Part shown: positions 12,584-25,250 of the stretch, one piece after another | Layout: each line of letters opens with the position of its first letter | Position numbering within the stretch: position 1 is the first letter of the stretch | NCBI GenBank assembly: GCA_964234715.1 | Contig: OZ174279.1 | Reading direction: 5' to 3' (one strand) | Length of the DNA: 64,000 nucleotides | From: Podarcis melisellensis | Taxonomy: Eukaryota | Program-made: the position numbers and the translations under genes | Notes under the pieces: model-generated | Seen by the model: only the letters and a program-made list of their open reading frames with translations | Databases searched by the model: none | Told to the model about the DNA's origin: nothing

Positions 12584-14082
12584 TATATCCCATTGTAAAG
12601 GGCTGTCTAAATAAAGAAAAGAGAGTTGACCACTCATACCACTATTTCTATTTCATTTAACAGGATAGGTTTAGGGTGGCAGAGTCTACAACCAATCACA
12701 AACTACCTGCCCTGTGTGGGAAAGAGGAAAACATGTAGGACAGATTGCATTTGTAAGCCTAGCACATGAAATAGTATTTAATTGAGTAAGTCAGAGATCC
12801 TCAGAAAATCAAGTCACTTCTGTTTAGGTACCTTAATGAATGTTAAAATGTTTTGATCTCGGTTTAAGATTTAAGACGGTGCTTTATCTTTGAATCCCAG
12901 AGAGAATCCTAGCTGAATTATTTTCACTATCCTTTTGATAGCAATTTAATATCCTGCTGACTGTCCCCCCCCCTAAAAAAAGACATGTTGGAGACTGCAT
13001 TCATCCACTTGTCCATATATCTATATATCCTTTGTTTGAGTACAGTGACTGGTTTTCAATAAAACCCCAGACACTTCACTTTTGCTTCTGCTCACCTTCT
13101 CTATAGCTATGTTTGTATAATATAGGGAAGGATAGATGATGGGGTAGCTACCAACATCTTAATTACTGGATACCATCTCTCTCTGTTCTGATTTCATGCT
13201 ATTTCCTTTTCATCCAGCACCATAAGAAGCCCCCTTTCTACAGTGCTGACACTAGAATATATCTATAAAATACTTGTATTAAATCCAATAAAGCTGTGTT
13301 TTTTACTCGTGTATAGTAATACTCTGGATAAATCTTCTTAAGCTTTCTGGGTCTTATTTGACACTAAATTAAAATCTGGTCTTGTATGGCATGTTCATTC
13401 CCTCACTTGTCTCTATTGTCTATGTCTTTCATTTGATATCAGAAAATCACCAGGGGAATGTCAACCTATATTTCCCCCTTTGAAGAAACTCATACACACC
13501 GATGCTGCTGGGCAGTCTTCAAGGTCGTTATTGTAATGCTTGGAAATTATCCCTCCAAAGTCTAATCAGTATTTTCGTTTGTGCTCCTTTATGTTCTGAT
13601 TTCTGAAGTTTTCTTGCATAGATCAGCTTTTAATCAATCAGTCATTCTACACTTGTATAGCACTTTCATGCCATGGATCTGAGGAATATTTCCAAACAAT
13701 ATGATAATGTATACAATTACCTACAAATTATAGAGAGCTCAATTCTGGAACAGAATGCAAATTGTCAGATAGCTACTTCAGTGAGCAAGTTCACCAATTT
13801 CTAGAACCTTCTGTGCCAGAAGAAAAAAAATAATACCATCTTTAAAAGAGAGAGAGAGAGAGAGATCTATGAAACAACAATTTCTAAACTGTGTGATAGC
13901 AGCCATTAGGCCTGCATAATTGACTTTGGTACACAAATGATAAAGGGCATGAAAAAGGCATAAAGATACCGCTATATTACTAGTTAGCAAGCAGGGTTGG
14001 AAACCGTAAGGTAATTTGTCCTTTCATGTACCTTCCAGAATTCTACGGATGAAAATAGGTGCATTTGATTTATATTGAACAG

Positions 14083-14262
14083 GCAAGTGGCTCCTACTGT
14101 GATAGTGTGCAAGCAAACATAAATGAGCTATTGAGAGCCCGTCATGCGCTGAATGCAGTGCTGGAGACTGAACCTCCAGTTGCTCCTCAGGGTCGCCTTG
14201 AACATTACAATCAAGTGGCAATGGCAGATACTCGAGTAACTTGCACATCTGCTTTTATTATA
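14083..14262 (+). pseudogene. Dynein relic, AAA4 (best-preserved exon)
   Basis: Acceptor tatattgaacag; open frame DSVQANINELLRARHALNAV...MADTRVTCTSAFII ~ ExFLxxINxLLxSGExPxLF...MNDTRETCWKFFI. Confidence 0.75.
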
Positions 14263-14678
14263 TAGGAAGTGGGTATTTTCCCCTGTGAAAGGAGACATGT
14301 GGACCCTACATGCACAGGGAATTCAAACATCATTATGCAGGAGAAGTGTGCACTGTCCCTCGTAGAAAGTTCAACTGGGAGCACAAAAACTGAACTCATA
14401 CACCTGCTGCTTCTGATTTGACAGTAATGCCCAAATCCACACTCAGCTATAAAACTTCCTTGCTGGGTGGCCCTGGGGTAAGTCACAATCTCAAAATAAC
14501 CCTATTTATATATTATGTTCAGAACAGAAGGAGGATGGGCATGAAACACCCAATAAGGTTATGAAAAATATCATGGCAAGCCCACTTGCACCTTCACCTC
14601 AAATAGGGGCTTCCACTGGATGGGACCAGCATCCTGAGCCAGAAATTTCTGCAAATTTCTGTCAAATTTGGCTCTTAG

Positions 14679-14848
14679 CTCAACTTCAGGAGAAAAGATG
14701 TTGTGTGATTCTTTCTGATGTGTGAAGATGATTCAAGATGCTTGAAGAGCTCAAAGAAGACATTGGAATAGTAGCACCAATTTTCCTGCAAAATTTTTAC
14801 AGTTGTTCAATTCTTGAGCCAAGCCCTAACAATTTGGTACATGAAATG
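14679..14848 (+). pseudogene. Dynein relic, end of AAA4
   Basis: AG acceptor and ATG|gtaagg donor; QLQEKRCCVILSDV*R*FKMLEELKED...; two in-frame stops; only weak similarity. Confidence 0.45.
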
Positions 14849-15326
14849 GTAAGGTTTATCTTCATATTTCAGAGTTCAAGGTCTATTCCTAATGGGGAAA
14901 ATGGCATTCTGATTTTCCCAAGTTGTTCTGGGATATATGCACTGAGTGAAATACCTTAATTTACCTCATTTTGCAAATTATGAATGACATACCTCTTTAT
15001 CAGGTGTGTTCTGAAATGTAAATTAGCAAATTGCTTCAAATCCCTGAAGGGGAAATGCTCAAAAACAGATATTAATGTTTAACTCCTCCCTGTAAACCTT
15101 GTGCTACTTGCATGGCATCACTAACAGCAGCAGCCAGGCCCTGTTTCTATAACTGAGAATAGAAGCCAAGAAGATGGGAGGGTACTTTCTATGGCTCAGA
15201 GTGGTACTAAGTCTTCCTTTGGAACTCTGCTGTCAGCTACACAAGAGAAAAGCCAAATGCTTTATAGGAGATCATGCAGTCCAACCTAAAAGAACCGACA
15301 CAGGACATATTCCAAAATAGGAAAAA

Positions 15327-15480
15327 TTGCATCCAATTCCCAATATTAAAATGAAAGTAGACTATACAACCTGCGTTGCCAATATTGTTGGATTTAAGAT
15401 TTGGAATGAGGTTATTCAGAATATGCCCCTGTTCTGTCATTACATCAGAAATGCACAATTCAGTAGCAAACGTATTCCAA
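15327..15480 (+). pseudogene. Dynein relic, start of stalk
   Basis: VDYTTCVANIVGFKIW (15357-15404) aligns without gaps to YNYTTPKTFLEQIKLY. Confidence 0.55.
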
Positions 15481-15921
15481 AAGGCAGATTTACAGCCATT
15501 ATTATGTGTTCCCCTCACCTCTAAATGTTTGGACCTCATTTTATGTGCACCTGCTGTTTGAATCTGTGTACGGTCACTCTGAATTCTACACTACAGCAGA
15601 AAATGTTATTTCTTTAAAAACGTATCTGCTTATCTTAAACAAAAATCAGTACAAGAGAGGAAGATTAGATACAAAATACAGCTTATTTCACACTGCTGTC
15701 TTGTAGTGCCTTGACATCATAGGCCAAATTTGAAACTTCCTGCTTACATCAGGAACAATGTATTATTGGAGTCACTGACCTTCAGGAAGATGAGCAACAG
15801 ATCTTTGACTTCCCAAAGCAGAGGCATTTATAACTTCTAAAATGATTGTGTTATCTACATTGTAACACATAATCTTTCTTTCATACTCACAATATGTTGT
15901 TTCTGATTTTTCTCCTTAAAG

Positions 15922-16097
15922 AACATTGGTGTGTGATGGCTATTTGATTACAGTAGCTGGGCTATCACTAGGGGTGTATCTGATCACTGCAGAGTGAGGC
16001 ATTATCATTTTATTATTGACAAGGTTGTGTTAATATTGTTTGATAGTCTAGGATGGTCAAAGGATGTCGCTTTATAGGAACTAACTTTTAGAAGATG
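15922..16097 (+). pseudogene. Dynein relic, microtubule-binding domain
   Basis: Acceptor tttttctccttaaag, donor ATG|gtttgt; DYSSWAITR ~ KDRSWKAAK; LFDSLGWSKD ~ FLDSLINFNKE; contains stops. Confidence 0.6.
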
Positions 16098-16284
16098 GTT
16101 TGTTGATGCAGTGATCTCCCAAGAATGTTTTGAATAGGAAATCCATCAGGTGGCAAATCTCCCAACATCATAGCTGGGGGTGGGGGAAAGTATGGATGAA
16201 AGCCTTAGGGGCAGTGGATCTGTTGCATGCTATGGCTGTTCACGCAGCTTGGGGCCACCTATGCTCTACTTACACTTTTTAATA

Positions 16285-16514
16285 CAGTGGTACCTTGGTT
16301 TACGAACGTAATCTGTTCCGGAAGTCTGTTCTTAAACCCAAACCGTTCTTAAACCAAGGTGCGCTTTCCCTGAGGCTTCCCGCCTCTGGTGCCCTTCCAC
16401 CGTTCAGATTCCGTTCTTAGACTGAGGTAAAATTCTCAAACCAAGACACTAATTCCAGTTTTGTGGAGTTTGTAAACCAAATCGTTCTTAAACTGGACTG
16501 TTCTTAAATCAAGG
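16285..16514. mobile_element. Tc1/mariner-type MITE, right end truncated
   Basis: TA + CAGTGGTACCTTGG left TIR and repeated gttcttaaac units related to family A. Confidence 0.7.
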
Positions 16515-16940
16515 CTATATATCAAACATTACAAAACACTCGCTTCCATTCACATGCATGGAAGGCAGTGCCATGTTTAATCTGAAACACCTCTTTCCTC
16601 CAAGAATGGCAAATTCAATGCATTTGGTCTAGCATTCACTACAACATCTCTCATTGGCTGGGATTACTTCAGGAAATAAGAATCAAAGGGTAAAAAACTA
16701 TGGTGCTGAAGTAATCCCATGGAAACAATGGCTGTGAACAAGTTCAAACAGTGTACTTCCCTGCAAGTAAAAAGCAAATATTTTTTTCTGGAGCTTTTTC
16801 ATGCCTCTTAAAAGCAGAATGTTCGTCCCAAAAACATTCACAGGCAAATATTTAACACAGCTCTCATTCTGGAAAAAATGAAGTTATTTTTTCACACTCT
16901 GGTTAGCATTTGCCTGTGGTGCATTTATGCCTATTACCAG

Positions 16941-17005
16941 AAGTTCACAGAAGCAGCAGAGATTGCCATCTGGGCTCTTCCACTGGCATCCTTCATAACT
17001 ACTTA
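16941..17005 (+). pseudogene. Dynein relic, end of MTBD
   Basis: Acceptor cctattaccag; AAEIAIWALPLASF aligns without gaps to AAGLCSWVINIVRF. Confidence 0.6.
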
Positions 17006-19785
17006 AGACTAATAACACAACATTATAAGCAGGATGGAAAATCTACATGTTTAGAAGTTTGTATACACCACTAATTTAAAGCACAAACCCCAAAAGACTC
17101 ATGGGAACCATAGTTTACTCACCACAAGCTACAATTCCCACCACCCTTAAGAAAATACAATGCCCAGGACACTTTGAGGGGGTAATGGGCTTTAAATGCG
17201 TTGTGTGCACACATCCTAACTGGGGGGAAAACCCAAGAAGAAAATTGTAGGAACAAATGAACAGTTCTCACAACGGAGGGAGGAAAGAAGTGCACACTTC
17301 AAGGACTGCTGGTTTTCAATCTATTCCTAAATAATCTGAAGTTAGAAGTAAGTGGCGAGGTGGTCAAATTAGTTTATTTTCTTAAATTACTGTTCTGCTG
17401 TTATCATTGGAGTAAGCATTTATTTGCTACTGTTGCAAGGGCTGTTATAGGAACTAGAAAAACTTACTTCCAACGAGGAAATGATCTAGTGGGTTTATTT
17501 CCAAATCAGGCTCACCTCACCAGTCCTGTGGCAAAGACTGCCATACCATACCAGTTGATGATGCCATCAGGGGCTACATTTGCAATATATATTGAAATAA
17601 TTTTTAGACCACTTTCCACAGTCATGGCATCCAACAAAGAATACAGGGGAACTGTAGTTAAAGGTATTGAGATTCAATATTGGGGGTGGGGGAGTAGGCA
17701 GTATGCAAGATCCTTCTAACCCGCTAGGCTAGCTTCCTTTGTTGAGGTGACGGCCTGGCTGAAAGGCCATTAAGGGAAACAAAGGAAAGGGACTCTGTGT
17801 GAGATTACTAGCTTGTAGTTAGTTGGAAGACAAAGCTAGAGATTGGAGTAGAGTTTTGATGCTCGGAACCCCAACCATCACAGGATCAGTTTGTGCATGT
17901 GTAAATAAACCATATATCATAAAGACACCACAGTCTCAACTGTGCCTTATTTCCATGAACTCTGGGTAAGTACCCAGAATCTCGCACTGCTCAGAGATTG
18001 AAGTGGCAATAGTAATAGTAGCAGTAGCAGTAGTGATGATGATGATGATGATATAACCCCATCTTTCCTTCCCCAGGAGCCAGGACAGCAAACATACAAG
18101 TGAAAAAACAATTAAAATATCTACAATTCCAAGAGTGGTTTAATGATAAATCCCTCTTCCCAAGGGAGTGTGGGAATTTTAGCGCTGTGTGGGGAACAGG
18201 GATCTTCGAACAACTTTCAGCATCCTTAACAAACTGCAAGCAAACTCCCATAATTATTTGGGTGAAGTCATGTATAATAGTGCTTCAAATGTATGGTTCA
18301 AATGTGGCTTGAAAAGAGAGCCAACATACACAGGACAGAATAGGGTACAGTGAGAGCTCTGTCTTAAGAAAGTGATAAAAGAGTAACATGGTAGTGACAT
18401 CCAGGAAAATGTCTATGTTTGGGCAATGAAAACATAAAATAATAAATAGCATATCTAAGGTTTTACTGTTTGTTGAGATGATGAAATCATAATAATTTTC
18501 ATTACATGCCCTAGATATGGTTGCTAAAATAAGGAAATTCTGAGATGAAAGAAGCATAGAGAGCATCAAAGAAACTGTTTAATATGTTCGGGAAAACCAT
18601 GAATATTCATGCCAATGAAATCACGTTACAACCTAATGGAACAGCAGTTGACCACCATGCTGCTGAAATGTAATTCAGACATAAATATTCGGATACCTTT
18701 CTACGGTGACAAACCTCTAGAATTGCAGTGGAAATAAAAGTATATAGCATAACTCATAACCAATGTATTATTCTTGGATGAAACGCACATACTAATAGGA
18801 AGAAGGGGAAAAGAGTCTTGTCTCTTGCATTGTGAGGTTGAAATTTTCACTGTTGTACAAGAACTTTAAATGATGCAACATGTGAGGTTGAACGGCATTC
18901 CCCAACTTAGTGAAATATGATCATTAGAAGGCCCACTAGTGCAAGCTTTTAAAGCAGAGTCATCTGTTAAATTCAATTTTATTTCACTGGCTGGTGATTC
19001 AGATGAGTCTTTTCCTTCCTGGAATGGTCATCTATGTGCATGATCTTCAAAAGCAGCATTTAGTTGCCAACTTCATTCCCAGTTCTACCCTTACTCACAC
19101 AGCACACTTGGATCATAATGCCTGGCCACACATAACCCCACAATAAAACAGAATGAAACGTTTATTGCCTACAAATGACATTGTCTCACTGCTGCTGAGA
19201 CAGCCCAAAGGTTCAGGTCATTCAATTGCTTTGTAGTGTTAAGCAAATGAACAGAACTGAATTGACCATTCTAATACAAGGGGCCTATTGTGTTCATTCT
19301 TGACCCATGCAAGATCACATTGTTATTGAAATATTTTCATAATTGCCCCAATCCAGAGCTTCATGTGTGCTTGAATGCTAGCATAGAGCTCTTATGCACC
19401 CCCCCCTTCAATGGATGGAGCAGCAGTTCCACATATGCTAAAATGTGTGCACACAAATATGCACCCTCCCTTTGCATGCCAGGGTGCTGTTGTCTATGTG
19501 ACTGATTGCTGGTTCAAGGCCAATGGCGTGTAAATTTGGGGAGGTGTATAACTTCTATGTTTCCTGACTGTATTATAAGAAAACACCATAAATGTTCTAT
19601 CAGAGGCAATAGATGAATTGCTGTGCCCAGCAACTTGTGTTTAGTAACACAATTTTTGTTATAATTAGATAATTCTGTTACTGCATTTTTAAGTCTTCCA
19701 CTTCCACTTCACTTCATGAATATGTAAGAATATAGATAATTTAACCATTGAGTTACTTCACTACCCAGTTCATTTTGCTCTGCAG

Positions 19786-19991
19786 TGCTGCAATAGACTT
19801 AATGATGGTTCTACAAATGACTTGCTTGTTAAAGCTCCAAATTTAATAAGAAATTTATTTCTGCTGACAGCTCCACTGTAGTTAGCATTCAAAATATCAA
19901 AGGACAATTGCCAAATGTTCATAATGCAAGTTGTCAGGAGTGCAATCTGGAATAATGGAATATACATCTTGCAAACTTGCACTTTGATATG
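19786..19991 (+). pseudogene. Dynein relic, AAA5 entry
   Basis: Acceptor cattttgctctgcag; AIDLMMVL ~ ALDPLRML; ISADSSTVVS ~ LPADRMSVEN. The upstream relic at ~19022-19056 (W-SS/YVHDLQKQ ~ WADAVQNFKQQ) also fits. Confidence 0.55.
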
Positions 19992-20909
19992 GCAAATCAC
20001 TTGGTCAGCAAGCAAATTGATTCATTTATGATTTCCTATTATTGCAAGTAGTGGGTATGTTTTTACAAGAAGTTCCACTCTCTGAAGACTTGCAAAATCA
20101 CAATATCAGTTATGAATATAAGTCATACTGAGTATACTGATAACGAGTACATGGATAGAAAATTTGCACTTGCCATAAAATTATTTTCTCACAATTCAAA
20201 ATGTCACAAAGGATTTAAAAATGATGTGGTGATGATGAGATGAGGATGATTTGGCTTTCAATTTTGGCTTATTTTCTGCTTAACATTAATCCAAAACACT
20301 AAGGGTTAAATTGCACATTGTGTTAACCAGGGGAGCATCCACTTTTTTTAGGGGGAGCACCCAGGAAGTAAGAGGGGGTGGGAACACAAAGCGCCCATTA
20401 ACATCAAGTGTTATTGGGTTAAGTGGAATAACCATGGGGATATTGTGGAGACTAAAGCCATACTGCACTCAGCATTTGTATAGGTGCTCTACTTCAACAT
20501 AAACACTTCTGTGCTTGCATCCTGACTGTACGAGACACTGGGCCAGTTCACATGTACCAATCCTGGATTAGGGCCAAGTTATACATTATGTTAGTCATGC
20601 TTTAAAGTAAATGTCTTTAAACAGGCCACTTATTTTGAAGAAAAAAGGCAGCAGTTTAGGAGGTGTGATATTGTCCTTCGCCTCAGGCACATAAATGTCT
20701 AGGGCTGGGCCTGCTTACAGTCTTCGCATCTGTTCCGACTGCTGGAGCACCATTTCTCTATATGATTTATTATTATATTCCACTGAATATTAGAGTTCAT
20801 TTCTTAACCCAGCTGTGCTATACACACCCCACAGTCAGCTGGATCCTTCCATTTGCTTGGGGAAGGAATGCATCAGTGATACCAAAGCTCTGACTCTGTT
20901 TTATTTCAG

Positions 20910-21295
20910 CCTTGATGGGACATCAGGAAAATAATAAAAAAGGATCAAACTGGGACATTAACCGGTAACAACTGACTGAACCTGGTGCTTTTCATTCAGC
21001 AAACCCTTTTTGTCCATTTGCAAGTGCCCTTAATTTAGAAAGCAGATTTTTTACTACTATTCTTTGGGCACTGGCACTGACTCAGGACCAGCTATTGGCA
21101 GTCCTCTGCTGTCGGCTGGCCCTTGGCAAAACATTTGGTCTGATCTATTCTAAGAAACTCACTTGCCAGCTGTCTAAAATCTATTCAGAGCTCATCTGTG
21201 CTTTGGAATTGCTTCTGACCTGAGGGTTATTGTGATTGATAATGTAAGCAGATCTTCAAGAAGATGAAGAAGAACCAGCTAACTATATGATCAAC
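20910..21295 (+). pseudogene. Dynein relic, AAA5 core
   Basis: Acceptor ctgttttatttcag; P*WDIRKIIKKDQ ~ PLLGREVIKKGR; SANPF ~ LANPH; QDQLLAV (DQLLA at 21086-21100) ~ EDQLLAA. Confidence 0.7.
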
Positions 21296-21723
21296 AGGCA
21301 AATCCTTGTCAAATGTGTTTAATTGTGGTAGAACTATCCTGATGCCACTTGTTTGGCTACTTATTACAGCACCAAGGCCCCCCAAAACCCTTTCTGCCCA
21401 TAGCCAGGGAGGTTAAAACATTATGGTTCATCCTGTAGAGGCTGTGAGTATTATTTGCGTATTATGGGTGACCCCAGTATTTGAACACTGCTCACAATGT
21501 GGGTGACTATGAAAACAGAAAGTCTCTAACCAGCTCCTGGAGCACGGTCGACATGAGTAGACACGCCACTAGGGAGGACAACTGTTCACATCCATATCTT
21601 CATCTGAGATTAATAGGAAGCTGAGATGAATGGGAAGCTGTGGGGGACATCAATGTGTGAATCACACCTCTTCTATTATTCAGATGATATTGCTGGATTA
21701 GGGCAATGAACCACCTCCAGGTT

Positions 21724-21928
21724 AAAACAAAAAAAATTCCTTCCAGTAGCACCTTAAAGACCAGCTAAGTCAGTTCTTGGTATGAGCTTTCGTGTGCATG
21801 CACACTTCTTCAGATACCATGCACACGAAAGCTCATACCAAGAACTGACTTAGTTGGTCTTTAAGGTGCTACTGGAAGGAATTTTTTTTGTTTTGACTAT
21901 GGCAGACCAACACGGCTACCTATCTGTA
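21724..21928. mobile_element. Penelope-like element remnant (inverted terminal repeat structure)
   Basis: ~76-bp near-perfect inverted repeat (21725-21800 vs 21818-21895) and 11-bp TSD acctccaggtt (21713-21723, 21929-21939). Confidence 0.8.
21779..21818 (-). ncRNA. Minimal type I hammerhead ribozyme motif
   Basis: Minus strand GGUAU-CUGAAGA-A-GUGUG-CAUG-CACAC-GAAA-GC-UC-AUACC: stem I, CUGANGA, stem II, GAAA, palindromic AGCU stem III, UC cleavage site. Confidence 0.75.
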
Positions 21929-22106
21929 ACCTCCAGGTTGTTATCTCTCTTGTTATTATCTCTCTCAATGGCCATCATTCTTATTCTAAGTACAACAGGG
22001 TTGGTCAGGAATTAGAAGTGTTATGTCTCCCAAGTTATGCATCCTCTGTAAAAGAACCCCCACTCCTAAACCCAGTATGTGATGTAGAACATGTTCAAAA
22101 ATGATT

Positions 22107-22280
22107 GGGAAGATGCAAAGCTGTCTTATAGTGAGTCAGACAACCAAATTGTCTAGCTCAGTATTGTTGACATTTTCCAGGATTTTAGGCAGGGGCTCTC
22201 CTAGCCCAACCTGAAGTTGTTGGGGGTTCAACCTGGGACCTTTCATTTGCAAAACATGTGCTCTGCCACTGACCCATGGC
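22107..22280 (-). mobile_element. tRNA-derived squamate SINE (Squam3-like), degenerate
   Basis: Reverse complement resembles the copy at 30286-30460 (tRNA-like head, ...ctagatg...tgactca.tata tail). Confidence 0.6.
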
Positions 22281-22745
22281 TGACCATTAATTCTTCTTAG
22301 GTTTTCTTATGCGTTTAATGCTTTGAATTTAAAAGGGCACACACAAGTGAATGCGTATGTTCCATGGCATTCTCAAACCAAGGAATTCCAGTACTGGTTG
22401 TGATCAGAAGAGTAGACTAAAGTGTTGTTGATTTAAATATAAAAATATAAAATATTTCAAAGGTGCATAGTAAAAAAATTAAGGTGTCTTGCAAAGTCAG
22501 CACTGTGGAGTCTGAAGGACAGCTGAACAACCCGAAAACCAGGCACATGTTAATGTAATACTTTAGCCTGCAGTTTTGAGAATACATGCCATGACCCTTC
22601 CTCAGTTTTTCTTCAACTCTTAATAGCACATAACTCAGACGTAGTTTCTACCTGAGTGGAACATCTGACTTTGTTTTACAAGTAATTCATTAATGAGTCA
22701 CCTACATGCCTTAGGTGGTTTATATCCATTATCCCCACTTAACAG

Positions 22746-22845
22746 TTTGGCCTCAGGATGCCTTTCAATATAAATAATCTTCGAAGATGCTTGTATAGCA
22801 GAAATGTGTTTCTTTTTATAGCAAATCTGAAATTAGCTAATTTTA
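22746..22845 (+). pseudogene. Dynein relic, AAA5 small subdomain
   Basis: Acceptor cacttaacag; RCLYSRNVFLFIANL aligns without gaps to RGLFECDKLTYLAQL. Confidence 0.6.
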
Positions 22846-23525
22846 TTTGACTTTCTTTCTCGAGATGAGCATGAATTATAAAATACCATACAGCTGGCAC
22901 GAAATTTACTAATATGGCAGGGCTCCGACAAACTCTGCACAAATACACAGAACACATGTTCCAGTCATTTTTCTCTACATGACTTTTAACTGGTCAGGTG
23001 GAGTTTTAAAGTAGACCTTGACGGATGAAAAGTCATTTTAAATTGCATCTCACATTTCAGAAATAATTCTTTAAAGCTCTCGGTACTTCCTCCATGATTT
23101 ATATTCTTTTTCGTGTAAGTCCTCTGAGAGGGTCAGGAGATCCCAGTTCAAGGAGTAGCTTTGGTATTATCCCATTCCCCCAAATCATCTCCTGCCTGTA
23201 GTTTTCTATTAAGGTAAACTGGGAAAAATAAAACATTAACTCTGCTAAAAAGGAATCTTACTTTTAGATATATTGAACCAAATGTATAACATATTGCTTT
23301 CCAAGAAAAATGATAACTGCTCTAGTGACTACATAAATTGTTTCAATGTTCAAAGTGGAACAAAATTACTAGGCTTCCATGGAGCCAACCAATGGAGTGC
23401 AAATGATTCATGCTGTCTACCAAGTATGTGTTGCTTTTGTGTTTCCCTCCCTCTTTCCATTTAGGAGCTCAGCTGAGTATCCTGTAAGGCAGGGTAGGCT
23501 CAAGGCTTCATGAGCTTTGCCACAG

Positions 23526-23615
23526 AACAGATATTTGGACCTGGACTTTCTGAAACAGCAATCGTTCTTGAAAGGTGGAAAGCCTTTACAGGTGGAGAAA
23601 GTTACTTGGAACAGA
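23526..23615 (+). pseudogene. Dynein relic, AAA5-AAA6 linker
   Basis: Acceptor ctttgccacag; LERWKAFTGGESYLEQ ~ AKSWKKFVESECPEKE. Confidence 0.6.
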
Positions 23616-23743
23616 CACACACACACCACTCTTCATTTCTCTTTGTTTTTCATTTTTTCAGTTCAGCTGCCTGTACTTCCAGATCAGTTTGCACGCTCTT
23701 CACCAAATACACACATTTTTGCATGCAGTTATGTCCCAATATA

Positions 23744-24102
23744 GGGGACGCGGGTGGCATTGTGGGTTAAACCACAGAGCCTAGGGCTTGCCGATCGGAA
23801 GGTTGGTGGTTCAAATCCCTGCAACGCAGTGAGCTCCCGTTCCTCGGTCCCTGCTCCTGCCAACCTAGCAGTTCAAAAGCACATCAAAGTGCAAGTAGAT
23901 AAATAGGTACCGCTACAGCAGGAAGGTAAACGGTGTTTCCGTGCGCTGCTCTGGTTCGCCAGAAGCGGCTTAGTCATGCTGGCCACATGACCCGGAAGCT
24001 GTCTGTGGACAAATGCCGGCTCCCTCGGCCTATAGAGCGAGATGAGCGCTGCAACCCCAGAGTTGGTCACGACTGGACCTAATGATCAGGGGTCCCTTTA
24101 CC
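23744..24102 (+). mobile_element. Sauria SINE, full length
   Basis: GGGGACGCGGGTGGC head, ggttcaaatcc B-box, ...ccctttacc tail, 14-bp TSD tatgtcccaatata (23730-23743, 24103-24116). Confidence 0.93.
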
Positions 24103-25164
24103 TATGTCCCAATATAAGCATTTTTTGCAAACAATTTCCCCTAATATATATATTTTTACTAATATAAGTGTTTATAATCATTTCCAATACTCCCCCCCAA
24201 AAAAACAATAACGTAAAAATATAAATACAGCAAATGAATGCACACTTTTTTCTAATATGCACTTTTCTCCACATTGTGGAACCGCACCTGTGAGCAATCC
24301 CGCTTTGACCGGGACATCCCAGAATTAAAGAAGCCATCCTAGCTTCTGATTGGATGTTCCATTTTCAGTGCTGAGTTCTTCCACGAGTCAGCTGACTCCC
24401 GCGAGAGCTCGGCACCAAAAGATGCACATCTTACATGTGAAAGCAGGCACCTAAGTCGGAGCCCATGGAGGTGGAGCAGAGGGAGTTTCTGGTGGTGCAG
24501 GCAAGGCTGCCACCACCGGCCCCAGAGGCCATGTCTCTTCTGCCTGATACCATCCCACCAGAGGAAGAGAAGAAGACAACAAAGACGAGGATGGCAATGG
24601 GGAAGAGGAAAAGAAGGAGCTGGAGGTACTGGTCTGGCACTCACTAAAGGAGCTGCCACAGTAACAGAAACAGGGGGCTGGCAGCAAAAGATACATGTCC
24701 TGAATTAATCAGCAGATTATGGGTGGGTAGGCAGAACTACACTGCAAAGCTGGGAGAAGTACGGAGGCCAGCTGTGTTGTGGTTCACATACTGTTTTGGG
24801 AAGTATGAATGAGGTAGGCTGGTATGAAAATTTGAACCAAACAATTTTCTTCCTTGCTTATTCTTGTCTGCCATTGCTTCTTAGAACTGAAACACACAAT
24901 GAGGAAGCCTCACATGCTGCAGCTATCGCTGGGCCATACCATTCCAACTGCAAGTGGGGTGTGAAGTCTTTCAACAATCCTCCATAAACGCACACAAACC
25001 CTGCAAGTAATGAAGCTAGCATGTCACTCAAGCATTCCGGTTTTATACATGCAGGTGGTTGTACTAGGGAGGCATTCAAACATATTGTTCCCCATCCAAA
25101 GTGGTACTGCCCAGCAAGATATGCATTGTACCAGGTTGCTGATAATGTAGTTTGCCTTTAAAAA

Positions 25165-25250
25165 TAAGCTTTGAGAGACAATCACTTTCACCCCAGACAA
25201 ACCCACCACTAACACCTCTATTCAAACCCTCACTTCCTGCTCTTGCCTAG
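25165..25250 (+). pseudogene. Dynein relic, AAA6 entry
   Basis: TNPPLTPLFKPSLP (25197-25238) ~ ESGPATPMFFILSP. Confidence 0.5.

Noticed and set aside
21725-21895. Long hairpin as a possible miRNA gene
   Set aside because: Explained by the Penelope inverted repeat with TSD; no expression evidence.
23744-23830. tRNA-like A/B boxes
   Set aside because: SINE head, not a tRNA gene (same at 30286 and ~36820-36897).
24275-24788. Possible TG...CA LTR with overlapping ORFs
   Set aside because: Short terminal inverted repeat but no TSD; ORFs are low-complexity, so not called.
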